8,513 nt of DNA, from NCBI GenBank assembly GCA_905250005.1, contig CAJNOH010000575.1, positions 49,371 to 57,883 on the forward strand. Reading direction: 5' to 3'. Each line of letters begins with the position of its first letter. Positions within the stretch are counted from its first letter, which is position 1. Positions 8,467 to 8,513 of this stretch are shown here, piece after piece. A model generated the notes under the pieces. It was given only the letters and a program-made list of their open reading frames with translations. It was not told where the DNA came from and searched no databases. The stretch is from Rotaria sordida (Eukaryota). Made by a program: the position numbers and the translations under genes.

Positions 8467-8513
8467 GGGGTGTGGGTGTGGGTGTGGGTGTGGGTGGGGG
8501 GGGGGGGGTGTGG
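8467..8513 (+). repeat. Telomere-like (TGTGGG)n repeat at the window edge
   Basis: Four exact tandem TGTGGG units at 8471-8494, then a 13-G run and tgtgg to the last base. TGTGGG is the telomeric repeat reported for bdelloid rotifers (Adineta vaga work by Gladyshev and Arkhipova). Confidence 0.8.

Noticed and set aside
1-8513. CRISPR array, tRNA/rRNA genes, bacterial-style defence or toxin-antitoxin operons
   Set aside because: No regularly spaced direct repeats with unique spacers, no tRNA-like cloverleaf noticed by eye, no operon-like tandem ORFs; introns and telomere-like repeats indicate a eukaryotic locus.

Overview
The window looks eukaryotic: AT-rich, with short GT..AG introns. It resembles subtelomeric DNA, most consistent with a bdelloid rotifer. 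That assignment is inferred from TGTGGG-type telomere-like repeats, a ~49-nt intron and the transposon content; no database was searched. Supported features are: (1) a ~720-bp non-autonomous element with ~290-bp terminal inverted repeats (448-1167); (2) a head-to-head pair of degenerate telomere-like tracts (G-rich 5368-5412, C-rich 5436-5599), the orientation expected of an end-to-end fusion; (3) an intact two-exon minus-strand CAP/SCP-domain (GAPR-1-like) gene (6180-6969) with a 49-nt intron; (4) a mariner-type (DD34D) transposase pseudogene (7410-~8345) with one in-frame stop and a missing C-terminus; (5) a ~10-bp GGAGTCAGTT minisatellite running directly into G-rich TGTGGG repeats at the right edge, in the orientation of a right chromosome end. 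The 5' ~430 bp may hold the 3' end of an unidentified gene. The stretch from ~1.2 to ~5.3 kb has no convincing coding content. I see no clear evidence for a new multi-gene system. The most interesting signals are the telomere-like structures and the transposon/minisatellite/telomere junction.
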